From Candidatus Bathyarchaeum sp. (lineage in GTDB: Archaea; Thermoproteota; Bathyarchaeia; Bathyarchaeales; Bathyarchaeaceae): a DNA stretch of 23,030 nucleotides. Every line of letters starts with the position of its first letter. The first letter of the stretch is position 1. The translations under genes and the position numbers were made by a program. This document shows, one piece after another, positions 14,970 to 23,030 of the stretch. The stretch covers positions 1-23,030 of the forward strand of contig JAOZIF010000062.1 of NCBI GenBank assembly GCA_026014495.1. The letters run 5' to 3'. Under the pieces are notes generated by a model. That model made no database searches. It worked only from the letters and a program-made list of their open reading frames with translations, and was not told the origin of the DNA.

Positions 14970-15243
14970 ACCACAATTGTCAATAGAGGATGTTTTTTCG
15001 TCTAAAGGGCGAGTGAAAATTCTTCGAATACTATCTGAAATTGGAGAATTGAACATTTCAGAGATTGCTAGACGCGCAGGATTAAACTATGCAACCACAA
15101 ATCAGCACTTGCAGGTTCTGGAGAGCTATAAGCTTGTTCGACATAAGACGTTTGGACGAATTCGTATCTTTCGTTACAATGAAGAAAACCCGCGGGCACA
15201 AATGATTAGCAAGCTAATAGAATTTTGGGAAGAAACAAAATAA
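14959..15243 (+). CDS. Winged helix-turn-helix protein, ArsR-like
   Basis: VFSSKGRVKILRIL...ELNISEIARRAGLNYATTNQHLQVL; overlaps or abuts the cdc6 stop (start GTG 14959 or TTG 14977). Confidence 0.88.
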   Translation: MGGEPQLSIEDVFSSKGRVKILRILSEIGELNISEIARRAGLNYATTNQHLQVLESYKLVRHKTFGRIRIFRYNEENPRAQMISKLIEFWEETK

Positions 15244-15282
15244 GCCTAGACTACATTATACTTGAATAGGTGAGAAGCTGTC

Positions 15283-15726
15283 GTGTCAATGGTTGATGTA
15301 ACTGCGAAACCTGAGGTTTACCGGGAAGCAAAAGCAAAAGGAACAATCAAGCTAAGACCCGAGACTATAAAGCGAATTAGAAACGGGAAAATTGAGAAGG
15401 GCAACCCATTTGAAGTGGCAAAGGTTGCCGCAATCTTGGCGGCGAAGAACACCAGTTCGTTAATTCCCCTTTGTCATCCTCTACCCTTAACGGGTGTAGA
15501 AATTGACTTGAAGACAGTTGGCGACTCTAAGGTTGAAGCTCAAGCAACAGTTAAAACCAGAGCCCAAACTGGAGTAGAGATGGAGGCTCTAGTTGCTGCG
15601 TCAACTGCACTGTTAACGGTTTGGGACATGACCAAACAGTACGAAAAGAATAAGGATGGACAGTATCCAAGCACTAGCATCCAAGACTTACATGTAGTTA
15701 ACAAGGTAAAGGAGAAACAGGAATGA
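15283..15726 (+). CDS. moaC: Cyclic pyranopterin monophosphate synthase MoaC
   Basis: MVDVTAK, LIPLCHP, TGVEMEAL and WDMTK motifs. Confidence 0.96.
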   Translation: MSMVDVTAKPEVYREAKAKGTIKLRPETIKRIRNGKIEKGNPFEVAKVAAILAAKNTSSLIPLCHPLPLTGVEIDLKTVGDSKVEAQATVKTRAQTGVEMEALVAASTALLTVWDMTKQYEKNKDGQYPSTSIQDLHVVNKVKEKQE

Positions 15727-16259
15727 GCAAATCATCTAATGAACACAAAAGTGTGGCTCCCAAGAAACTCACTTTTGCGGTCATAGTTTCCAGTTCGTCT
15801 CGATATAAAAAACTCAAGGCAAAAGAAGCATTCACAGACCCTTCAGGTGACTTGCTTGTTGAACTCATACAGACTGCAGGTCACAGTGTTGTTTCACGGG
15901 AAATTTTGCCTGATGACCGTGTTTTGCTCGGAAAATTTGTAGGAAACTCAATTGGCTCCGAGACAGTGGATGCAATCATTGTGTGTGGAGGCACAGGAGT
16001 CAGTTTAACAGATGTAACAATAGAGACTGTTAGACCCCTTATGATCAAAACATTACCTGGGTTTGGAGAATTATTCAGAAAACTTAGCTACGACGAGATA
16101 GGCTCAGCAGCTATAATGACCAGAGCACTAGCTGGCATCACAGATAAAGGCAAAGCGGTCTTTTGTATTCCTGGCTCGCCACAGGCAGTCAAACTTGTTA
16201 TGACTAAACTAATTTTGCCTGAAACTGGGCATATACTAAAACATGCTAAAGAAAAGTAG
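15723..16259 (+). CDS. moaB: Molybdopterin adenylyltransferase, MoaB/Mog family
   Basis: DPSGD, GGTG..TDVT.E, PGFGELFR, RALAG and IPGSP motifs; ATGA overlap with moaC. Confidence 0.93.
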   Translation: MSKSSNEHKSVAPKKLTFAVIVSSSSRYKKLKAKEAFTDPSGDLLVELIQTAGHSVVSREILPDDRVLLGKFVGNSIGSETVDAIIVCGGTGVSLTDVTIETVRPLMIKTLPGFGELFRKLSYDEIGSAAIMTRALAGITDKGKAVFCIPGSPQAVKLVMTKLILPETGHILKHAKEK

Positions 16260-16337
16260 TGTCGCATGAAGACCTGCAAATAGGTTAATATTTAATGGGT
16301 ACCCTTCATTTTACTCTTGCCTAAGGAAGATGTTGCA

Positions 16338-16667
16338 ATGGAGTTTTGTTCTTCATGTGGAAAACGAATGGTCTTGAGACGAACCAAAGACGGCTCCGTT
16401 TTTGTTTGTCCTGCCTGTAATTGCAAAAAAACCACTGATTCTTCTGCTGTTAAGAAGGTTGCCCCAAAGAAGCCTCGCGAAAAAATTGTGGTTATCGGAA
16501 AAGAAGACCAAGACTTGAAGACTAATCCCACAGCCAAGATTAAATGTCCAAAGTGCGAAAACAATTTGGCTTACACTTGGCAAGTGCAAACCAGATCAGG
16601 TGATGAAGGAGCAACACAATTCTTTAGATGCACAAAATGTAACCACACTTTTCGACTTTACACATAG
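16338..16667 (+). CDS. tfs: Transcription factor S (TFS / RpoM family)
   Basis: Two zinc ribbons (FCSSCG..CPAC; CPKC..CTKC) and QTRSGDE with the catalytic DE pair intact; start ATG 16338. Confidence 0.95.
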   Translation: MEFCSSCGKRMVLRRTKDGSVFVCPACNCKKTTDSSAVKKVAPKKPREKIVVIGKEDQDLKTNPTAKIKCPKCENNLAYTWQVQTRSGDEGATQFFRCTKCNHTFRLYT

Positions 16668-16827
16668 TCAACGTCCTGTTTTACTTTACATGTTTCTTTT
16701 CTCTGAATTGTTACTTTTGTCAGTTCTGACTTTACCTTTGACTGTTCATAGTAGCTTCTATCTTAAGGCTTAAAAACTGAATTTAACCATATTATTATAG
16801 GGGGAATGTAAGGGGTTTTGTTCAACT

Positions 16828-17403
16828 TTGAATAATGTTAATCGTTCGGATAAACGTAAAAAAACAATCACCCGAACTTTTAGACTTAGAAATGAATGGG
16901 ACAGCGTTCTACAAGAGGAAGCAGCTAGACGTGGAGTCAGTGTCAATGTTTTGTTGAATAAATTTCTTCGAAAGTACTCAATATACTCAAGATGGACTGA
17001 AAGAAACAATGATGTGACTTTATCACATCAAACCCTAAGAGCGATTTTGAGTACCGCTCAAGTTGACCTGTTAACTGAAGCAGGAACCAAGTCAGGAGCT
17101 TTAGATGCAATAAATATGGTGAACTCCATGGGACTTGTAATGGATTATAGTTCCTTTGTTTACTTGATTACTGAACATCTTGGGGGTCCAGATTTTGCTA
17201 GATGGTTCCACTGTTTTTATCACACCCAAGGAAACAATGACATCTTTCATCTGCAACATGACTTTGGACGCGGCTGGAGCGTTTTCCTAGAACACTATAT
17301 TCTTTCTTTCTTGCGTTCCATGTCTGATGCAGATGCTAAAACAAGGGTCTATGATTACGCAATAACATTAGAAGTAACACGCCCTAGAGTAAAACGCGCC
17401 TGA
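16828..17403 (+). CDS. Ribbon-helix-helix DNA-binding protein with a C-terminal putative effector domain
   Basis: TITRTFRL..EWDSVLQEEAARRGVSVNVLLNKFLRKY is RHH-like; the C-terminal LQHDFGRGWSVF segment resembles V4R-like archaeal regulators as recalled. Confidence 0.7.
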   Translation: MNNVNRSDKRKKTITRTFRLRNEWDSVLQEEAARRGVSVNVLLNKFLRKYSIYSRWTERNNDVTLSHQTLRAILSTAQVDLLTEAGTKSGALDAINMVNSMGLVMDYSSFVYLITEHLGGPDFARWFHCFYHTQGNNDIFHLQHDFGRGWSVFLEHYILSFLRSMSDADAKTRVYDYAITLEVTRPRVKRA

Positions 17404-17442
17404 GTGCATTAATACACCTTGGCACAAAACAATTTGCTGTGA

Positions 17443-18066
17443 TTACCTTTTTTCTGAGCTTTTAACTTTATTTAGCAACTCGAAAATGTTACTTATTTTC
17501 GTTTGAATTTCAAGGGCATTCGCAACAACTGCAGCCACGCTATCTGTTAAATGTTCATATTTTTCGATTGATTTTAATGTGAACATGTTTTCGCGTGGGT
17601 CATTCATCTGAATTAATCCTAGTGTTTTATTGCTTGATCGCATTGGAATCAAAGCCACTGATTCGTAGCCGCTGTAATGACACATATTTCGTGTTCTACC
17701 TAAATTCTCTTTTTCTGGAACCGATTTTAGAAGCTGAGTTGTGCTGTTGGTCCAGAAACTGCCCTTCTTTGTGAAATATGAAAGCTTCGGATTAACCTGT
17801 CCATTGATGACTCTTCCACACATACAATCCAGCAGAGGGTTACCCTTTTCATCAAAAACAAGATTGCCTTCAGCATCTTTTGTACAAAGACTGCTCTCTT
17901 TGCGGAGAAAAAAATCTGGTAGGCCTTTATGGACATAGTATGGGTAGTCTCCGTTATTGTGCAGTCGGATGCCGACGCTTTGGCAATCCGAAATGTTACC
18001 AAGTTCCCCAAGAATCTCGGTTAAAACCTGCTTGAGAGCAACGAAATTTTGTGGTTTTTCTATCAT
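17443..18066 (-). CDS. Stand-alone GAF domain protein, Cys-rich
   Basis: SVGIRL..GDYPYY, LDCMCGRV, FTKKGSFWTNS, CHYSGYESVALIPM, TLGLIQMND, then a terminal helix; no output domain. Confidence 0.8.
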   Translation of the reverse strand: MIEKPQNFVALKQVLTEILGELGNISDCQSVGIRLHNNGDYPYYVHKGLPDFFLRKESSLCTKDAEGNLVFDEKGNPLLDCMCGRVINGQVNPKLSYFTKKGSFWTNSTTQLLKSVPEKENLGRTRNMCHYSGYESVALIPMRSSNKTLGLIQMNDPRENMFTLKSIEKYEHLTDSVAAVVANALEIQTKISNIFELLNKVKSSEKR

Positions 18067-18190
18067 CTCTTTGAGACTCCGAATTGCCTTTTGTATTTAC
18101 CTTGTGTGCTGTAATAAAATTTGGTGTTTACATTTGAACACACTGTGTTGCAGTGTAGACGCTCATTTTAACTGTAGTTTACGACACAGA

Positions 18191-18203
18191 TACTGTTACA
18201 ACA
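18191..18203. promoter_or_regulatory. Candidate operator TACTGTTACAACA, copy 1
   Basis: 12/13 identical to 18554-18566; near-palindromic core TGTT-AC-AACA directly before TTATA and the 18224 gene. Confidence 0.5.
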
Positions 18204-18223
18204 TTATAGAAAGGGGGGTCATA

Positions 18224-18493
18224 ATGGATAATAATTTTGAATCAGATACTTTAGTGCAGTCTCACAATACTTGTGGTATTCCTTTGCGTTTTCAAATTTT
18301 TTTCTTGGCACAAGATCAAAGCCAAAGTGTCGAAGTTCTAGAAACTGACGATATCGACTTTTGGGAGATTATTCAACGCCTAAAGACGGGCGAATCCGTT
18401 TTTATCAAATACACCAACCAGCAAACCATTGAGTCTGATTCAAGAACACATAACGAAGAAAACCAAAAACTATGGTACTTCAATCATTGCTAA
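18224..18493 (+). CDS. Small hypothetical protein (89 aa)
   Basis: ATG 18224 with GGGGGGT upstream and a TATA-like TTATA; the protein-like 3' half of ORF 17957-18493 (FQIFF...VEVLETDDIDF.EII.RLK.GESVFI). Confidence 0.7.
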   Translation: MDNNFESDTLVQSHNTCGIPLRFQIFFLAQDQSQSVEVLETDDIDFWEIIQRLKTGESVFIKYTNQQTIESDSRTHNEENQKLWYFNHC

Positions 18494-18553
18494 AGAACAT
18501 CTGACTGTTTTTAATGCCTAATCTCTTGTTGTCATGTTGAGAACTGTTTCAAC

Positions 18554-18566
18554 TACTGTTGCAACA
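18554..18566. promoter_or_regulatory. Candidate operator TACTGTTGCAACA, copy 2
   Basis: Perfect 10-bp palindrome TGTTGCAACA (18557-18566), preceded by degenerate copies TGTTGAGAAC (18535) and TGTTTCAACT (18545). Confidence 0.5.
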
Positions 18567-18649
18567 ACTGCCAAACTTGTTTATTCTTACTATTGAGTTT
18601 GTGTTCATAAGAAATAATTAATGTTATAATCTAGGAGATAGAGGCGATT

Positions 18650-19513
18650 TTGTTGCTAAAATCTGTCTCTATAACTGAAAACGTAGCTGAGCGAAAGATT
18701 ATTGTTTACAAGTCTCGCATCGACTACAAAGCAGTAAGAACAATCGCCGAAAAAATGAAGACACAGTTCTTTCATAAGCTATTTTTCATGAAACCAAAAC
18801 CTGAAGAAGTACAGGTAACTTCAATCGACAAATACTTTGAGCCCTACATAATAGTTGACGGAGAATACACCATTGACTACTCTAAAAACTGGAGCCACAC
18901 CATCCAAGTCGAGTACGCCATGCAAGATCTCACATTTGTTGGCACAAAGATAAAACCTGTATCTTTGAAGGACCATCTTAAAACACCTTGCAAAATAGTT
19001 AAACTAAATGGCGTAGGCCGCTACAAATTCGAAGCAAAAGCTCGTTTAATCTTTAATGAACAGTGGCGTGAGGTTGGACTTGAGCAACTACCTTTCGTGC
19101 CTTTTGAGGAACAACCTGAAACAATTCTAAACAAGCTTGACGAGCAATTTGTAAACAAAATATTAACTACAGAAAAAGAAGTTGAACTCCTTAAATCCAA
19201 AATTGTCCGCAGACCAACAAAGATTTTGACAATTCACAACGAGCTTTTCACTGTTTTTGACCGCGCAATAATCTATAAACCTATGTACAACGTTACTATC
19301 AAAAACACCAAAACAAAAAAAGTGGTCACACTGCTAATTGATGCGATAACTGGAAAAACCACATCAGTTATAAAACAAAAAATAGCACTTGAAACGAAAA
19401 AACCATTTAACAAATCTACGAAAACTTCACCTTTTACCAAAACTGCCACAGACAAAGTTTCTAATATACCAAAGAAAACCCAAACCAAACCCGAATCCAA
19501 ACAAACCCAATAA
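18650..19513 (+). CDS. Hypothetical protein (287 aa) with a basic low-complexity C-terminal tail
   Basis: Long ORF, TTG start with GGAG and GAGG upstream; no family recognised; the LIDAITGK segment is PepSY-like. Confidence 0.8.
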   Translation: MLLKSVSITENVAERKIIVYKSRIDYKAVRTIAEKMKTQFFHKLFFMKPKPEEVQVTSIDKYFEPYIIVDGEYTIDYSKNWSHTIQVEYAMQDLTFVGTKIKPVSLKDHLKTPCKIVKLNGVGRYKFEAKARLIFNEQWREVGLEQLPFVPFEEQPETILNKLDEQFVNKILTTEKEVELLKSKIVRRPTKILTIHNELFTVFDRAIIYKPMYNVTIKNTKTKKVVTLLIDAITGKTTSVIKQKIALETKKPFNKSTKTSPFTKTATDKVSNIPKKTQTKPESKQTQ

Positions 19514-19736
19514 TCGCTCTTTTTATGTTTAAAAAATCACCTATTACTGCAACTTATTTGATGCCAAATTCAACGCTTTTTGTTTCGACCCCTAAAAATT
19601 CTAGTGTGCACAATTATGGCACAAACTTCATGCATCATGACCCTTATCCGTTTTATACTTCTATTTGCACCAAAACCTCAAAACCTAAATCAGAATGAAA
19701 TCCAACTGTTTCATAGCGAACTTAGGATGTAATTCA

Positions 19737-20141
19737 TTGATTTTACAGTTACAACGTCAACATATTGAATTGCTGAAGCAACAAACAAAGAATGTACACC
19801 CTATTGAAGCATGTGCCCTACTTTTCGGAAAATTCTCTAAAAATGAAGCAGTTGTAGAAAAAATTAAAATCGCCCAAAACAGGTTACGTTCCGCTACACG
19901 TTTTGATGTAGACCCCTCAACAGTTGCCACAGCCATAACTGAGGCAGAAATAGAAGGTTTAAACTTCATCGGCCTGTTTCATTCGCACCCCGCACCAGCT
20001 ACCCCCTCAACTGTTGACCTAAAATACATGAGATTGTGGGGAGACAGCCTCTGGTTAATATTATCTTCAACTGACTCAAATTTTGCAGCATACCAATTAA
20101 TAAACAACAAACTAAAGCAAGCAACTATAAAAATCAAATAA
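19737..20141 (+). CDS. JAMM/MPN+ metalloprotease (M67, desampylase-like)
   Basis: Catalytic E in IEACALLFG and GLFHSHPAPATPSTVD (HxH...SxxD). TTG 19737 is the probable start; the ORF track starts at 19695. Confidence 0.92.
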   Translation: MILQLQRQHIELLKQQTKNVHPIEACALLFGKFSKNEAVVEKIKIAQNRLRSATRFDVDPSTVATAITEAEIEGLNFIGLFHSHPAPATPSTVDLKYMRLWGDSLWLILSSTDSNFAAYQLINNKLKQATIKIK

Positions 20142-20382
20142 AATCTTGTTATACGCATGTGGCCTAACTGTGTTATCTTCACACTTAATTTGGTGCCAAA
20201 AAAGGGTTCACATCAATAAATAGGCTGATTGCTCAAAACACAAACGTAACCAAAAACAAAAACGCGGTCCTGAAAGACAACTTTGACTACAAAAAAACAA
20301 CCGCCTAACATGACATCACTCTCCTAAAGTTCATACTGTCACGCCAAAACGGGCTTTAGGTCAAGAGCTGAACGATGTGGAC

Positions 20383-21336
20383 CTAATTTTCTTCTGCGTC
20401 CTCGACGCCTTTCTCCGTGATTTTGAATCGCGTTTTTTCTTCGGGCAGGTAAGGAGAATCGATGACTGTGGCTAGTCGGGTTCCTTTTCCGCCTTTTCTA
20501 AGGTAAACTCGGTGCGTTGATGCGTGTGCCATAACGTTTCCGCCTGCTGGTTTGTTTGGGTCGCCAAAAAATGCTGTTGGATTAGCTTGAACTTGGTTTG
20601 TAATCACGACTGAAATGTTGTATGCTTCTGTTAGTCTTAGTAGCTTGTGAAGTTGGCTGTTGAGTTTTTGCTGGCGTTCGGCAAGGTGTTCTCTGCCAAC
20701 AAATTCGCCTCTGAAGTGGCCTATCATTGAGTCTACGACAACTAGTTTTACGTTGTTTTCTGGACAGAATTTGAGGAGGTGCTCTGTTAGTAGTTCTTGG
20801 TGGCTGCTGTTGTATGCTCGTGCAAGAAATATGTTGCTTAATGTTTCGTGGGGGTCTATTCCTAGTGATTCAGCTATTTGGAAAACGCGTTCGGGAATGA
20901 ATGTTCCTTCTGTGTCGATGTATACTACTTTTCCGTTTAATCCACCTTCTTCTTCTGGGAGTTGTACTCTAACGCAGAGTGATAGGCATATCTGGGTTTT
21001 GCCTACTCCGTATTCGCCTATGAGTTCGGTCATGGCTTGTGTTTCGATTCCGCCGCCCATGAGTGTGTTTAGGTTGCTTGATCCTGTGGAGCATCTTTGC
21101 ATGTCTTGTCGTTTTTTCCATAGGTCTTCTGCGGTTATGAAGTCCACTCCGCGTTGTTCTCTGGCGGCTGTTACAATGTTAAGTACTGTATTGAATCCTA
21201 TTCCCGTCTTTTCCGATATGTCTTTAGGGGGTGTGACTGAGAGTGATTCAGATGTTGTGTATCCTGCAGCTTTTAGTTTGTTTGCTGTTGCGGGTCCAAC
21301 ACCTGGAAGGTTTTTCAGGTCGTTATCTTCTGCCAT
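20383..21336 (-). CDS. radA: DNA repair and recombination protein RadA
   Basis: N-terminal HhH (LPGVGPATANKL), Walker A GEYGVGKT, YIDTEGTF, Walker B VVVDS, RQQKL, TNQV, GGNVMAH. Start ATG 21336; no intein. Confidence 0.96.
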   Translation of the reverse strand: MAEDNDLKNLPGVGPATANKLKAAGYTTSESLSVTPPKDISEKTGIGFNTVLNIVTAAREQRGVDFITAEDLWKKRQDMQRCSTGSSNLNTLMGGGIETQAMTELIGEYGVGKTQICLSLCVRVQLPEEEGGLNGKVVYIDTEGTFIPERVFQIAESLGIDPHETLSNIFLARAYNSSHQELLTEHLLKFCPENNVKLVVVDSMIGHFRGEFVGREHLAERQQKLNSQLHKLLRLTEAYNISVVITNQVQANPTAFFGDPNKPAGGNVMAHASTHRVYLRKGGKGTRLATVIDSPYLPEEKTRFKITEKGVEDAEEN

Positions 21337-21549
21337 TAATTTCACCGTATAGTTTGATGTATGCAGTTCTTGTTGAGTTGTTTTAAGGCATATGGCGTAA
21401 CGTATAGCAGCAAAGAGGGGAGAGGTCAGTGAAAGTAATCTTGTTTTGAACCAATGTCTCAGCTTTTTTGATTCATAGAAAATTTGGTGTCCAGACGGTT
21501 TTGTCATGTTTATTAATGAATTTTGTCAAGAGATTGTTGGTGGATTTTT

Positions 21550-21834
21550 TTGAAACGAAAAGAGGCTATATCAGTTTTAAAGGAACTTCTTGACAACTGT
21601 ACAGGTCTTGATGGCCATTATTTCGAATTAGTGCCACCCTACGTCCCTTCACCCGTAGATGGTGGGTATCAAATTGTTATTAACGCAGCTCTTGACAAAA
21701 AAACAAAAGACTGCATAACACCAATACTAACAAAACATCAACTTGCATACCAAACTGGTAGCATGTGGAAGATGTCCAAAAATAAAACAGAACCAGACAC
21801 ATTCATTATCTACAGACCAACACAAAAAACGTGA
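21550..21834 (+). CDS. Small hypothetical protein
   Basis: ORF divergent from radA; TTG 21550 (MKRKEAISVLKELL) is the probable start; the ORF track starts at 21523. Confidence 0.65.
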   Translation: MKRKEAISVLKELLDNCTGLDGHYFELVPPYVPSPVDGGYQIVINAALDKKTKDCITPILTKHQLAYQTGSMWKMSKNKTEPDTFIIYRPTQKT

Positions 21835-22086
21835 CTAAATGGCACACACCTCAGTTACCCCCTCGTATGAAGAAAATGGAAACTGTGCCCTGTGACCTCT
21901 TCACTTTAGAATGAGTTCAATTCATACACTTCGTTTTTTCTTCATTTTTTCCTCGGATTAACTTTCTTAGTTTGGTTCAATATTTCATGCTTTATGAAAA
22001 ACTATATTTACTTTTGTTTGCTTACAACCTTTCATCTCAATGTGTGGGTTACCTAAAAATATAGGCACAAAGGATGCGATGTTAGC

Positions 22087-22581
22087 ATGGTTTTAGAAGT
22101 TAACTATAGCCTTAGACCGTTTACGCCTTCTGATTTAGACGGAGTAATCCAAATAAACCGAGAATGCCTTCCCGAAAATTACACTTCGCACTTTTTCATT
22201 AACTTGTATAAGCGATTCCCAGCAACTTTCATCGTAGCTGAAGTAAACGGAAAAATTGTAGGCTATATTATGTGCCGCATCGAAACTGGAATTCCAACTT
22301 TTAAACTGCTTGGTATAACAAGGAAAGGTCATGTGATTTCCATTGCTGTTTTGCCTAATCATCATCGAAAAGGAATCGGCTATGCACTGATGCGCGAAGC
22401 ACTAAAAGCAATGGCAAACTACAACGCAAAGGAATGCTACTTAGAGGTTAGGGAAAGTAACATGCCTGCTGTATGTCTTTACAAAAAATTGGAGTTTGAA
22501 ACCGCGCGAACAATCAGAAACTACTATGCGGATGGCGAAGACGCCTTTGTAATGGCAATACAACTGCCAAATTCAGAGTAA
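22087..22581 (+). CDS. rimI: GNAT N-acetyltransferase, archaeal Ard1/RimI type
   Basis: INRECLPENY, GHVISIAV, HRKGIG acetyl-CoA motif, LEVRESN, YYADGEDA. Confidence 0.94.
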   Translation: MVLEVNYSLRPFTPSDLDGVIQINRECLPENYTSHFFINLYKRFPATFIVAEVNGKIVGYIMCRIETGIPTFKLLGITRKGHVISIAVLPNHHRKGIGYALMREALKAMANYNAKECYLEVRESNMPAVCLYKKLEFETARTIRNYYADGEDAFVMAIQLPNSE

Positions 22582-22665
22582 CGGACACGCCCTGTTTGTT
22601 TTTCTTGGTTAATTAAAACAATTATCTAACTACATTTTTGCAGAGCAATTAGCTACTTGGAAAAA

Positions 22666-22860
22666 CTTTGACCTAAAATGGAAATGCCCGTGTTAGGTCA
22701 AAGCCTAGGTAGACTAACTCGACGTAGCCGATCGTCCAGTTTCCAGTTACAACCTGTCTTAGTTGATGCTGTCGCATAAGACAGATTATACCCGACTACC
22801 AGACAATCAACTTTGTTAAATCAACCTATCCAAGCGTGCTCCCTAACTCGGGCAATCAGG
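22666..22860. other. GC-enriched intergenic segment with hairpins, candidate ncRNA
   Basis: CTTTGACCTAA (22666-22676) / TTAGGTCAAAG (22693-22703), 11-bp perfect stem; CTGTCTTA (22754-22761) / TAAGACAG (22777-22784). 84 of 180 bases are G+C over 22681-22860. Confidence 0.35.
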
Positions 22861-23011
22861 CACTATTATGGACTGTAGTCTTTATGCGTTATCAAAACAA
22901 GAGTGAACATAAAATCATTCTTGAGCAACCGATATTGACAGGCTTTTTGATACTTGGCAACAATAACAAACCAGTGGGCAAATTATATATTAAGAATATA
23001 AAGGCGGTAGC

Positions 23012-23030
23012 ATGTCACGCAGTATTTTAC
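23012..23030 (+). CDS. Probable start of a gene running off the window (MSRSIL...)
   Basis: TATA-like TATAAA and GGCGG directly upstream of ATG 23012; only 6 codons are visible. Confidence 0.3.

Noticed and set aside
17957-18223. N-terminal half of the 178-aa ORF
   Set aside because: Overlaps the GAF gene and the intergenic motifs; the better start with RBS and TATA-like signals is ATG 18224.
15283-20141. JAMM protease functionally clustered with moaC/moaB (MoaD/SAMP processing)
   Set aside because: Separated by five unrelated genes, and no ubiquitin-like or E1 gene is in the window.
20660-21352. 230-aa plus-strand ORF
   Set aside because: Antisense shadow of radA.
2-22581. Alba, HDAC and Ard1 as a chromatin acetylation system
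   Set aside because: The genes are 9-22 kb apart with unrelated genes between them; no operon or shared motif.
22837-22857. SRP RNA helix-8-like GGGAGCA on the minus strand
   Set aside because: The loop is GAGTTA rather than a GNRA tetraloop, the CAGG partner is missing, and no other SRP helices are evident.

Overview
Archaeal genomic window, AT-rich (roughly 38-40% GC by eye), with frequent TTG/GTG starts. The gene set (Alba, Cdc6/Orc1, RadA, TFS, Ard1-type acetyltransferase, JAMM protease, tandem Lrp genes, membrane-anchored PQQ-like beta-propeller) points to a TACK archaeon, most likely Bathyarchaeia; this is an inference. Most of the window is housekeeping: alba, radical SAM protein, ferredoxin, HDAC-family deacetylase, rhomboid, GIY-YIG protein, cdc6-wHTH-moaC-moaB-tfs, JAMM, radA, ard1/rimI. 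Two things stand out. (1) The 515-aa ORF at 1904-3451 aligns by eye, motif after motif, with eukaryotic Ribophorin I (RPN1/Ost1), an oligosaccharyltransferase subunit, but carries a DxDxDG domain at its N-terminus. (2) An accessory block at 3.9-8.8 kb has two Lrp/AsnC genes followed by a convergent pair: an ECF S-component-like membrane gene and an 837-aa surface beta-propeller gene. That pair is bracketed by an 80-bp inverted repeat (73/80 identical) forming the upstream region of both genes, which means either a duplicated co-regulated promoter or an invertible cassette. Further leads are a repeated palindromic operator, a stand-alone Cys-rich GAF protein, a secreted clan GH-A-like protein and two candidate structured RNAs. 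No tRNA, rRNA, CRISPR array or transposase was recognised. All family assignments come from motif recognition, not database searches.
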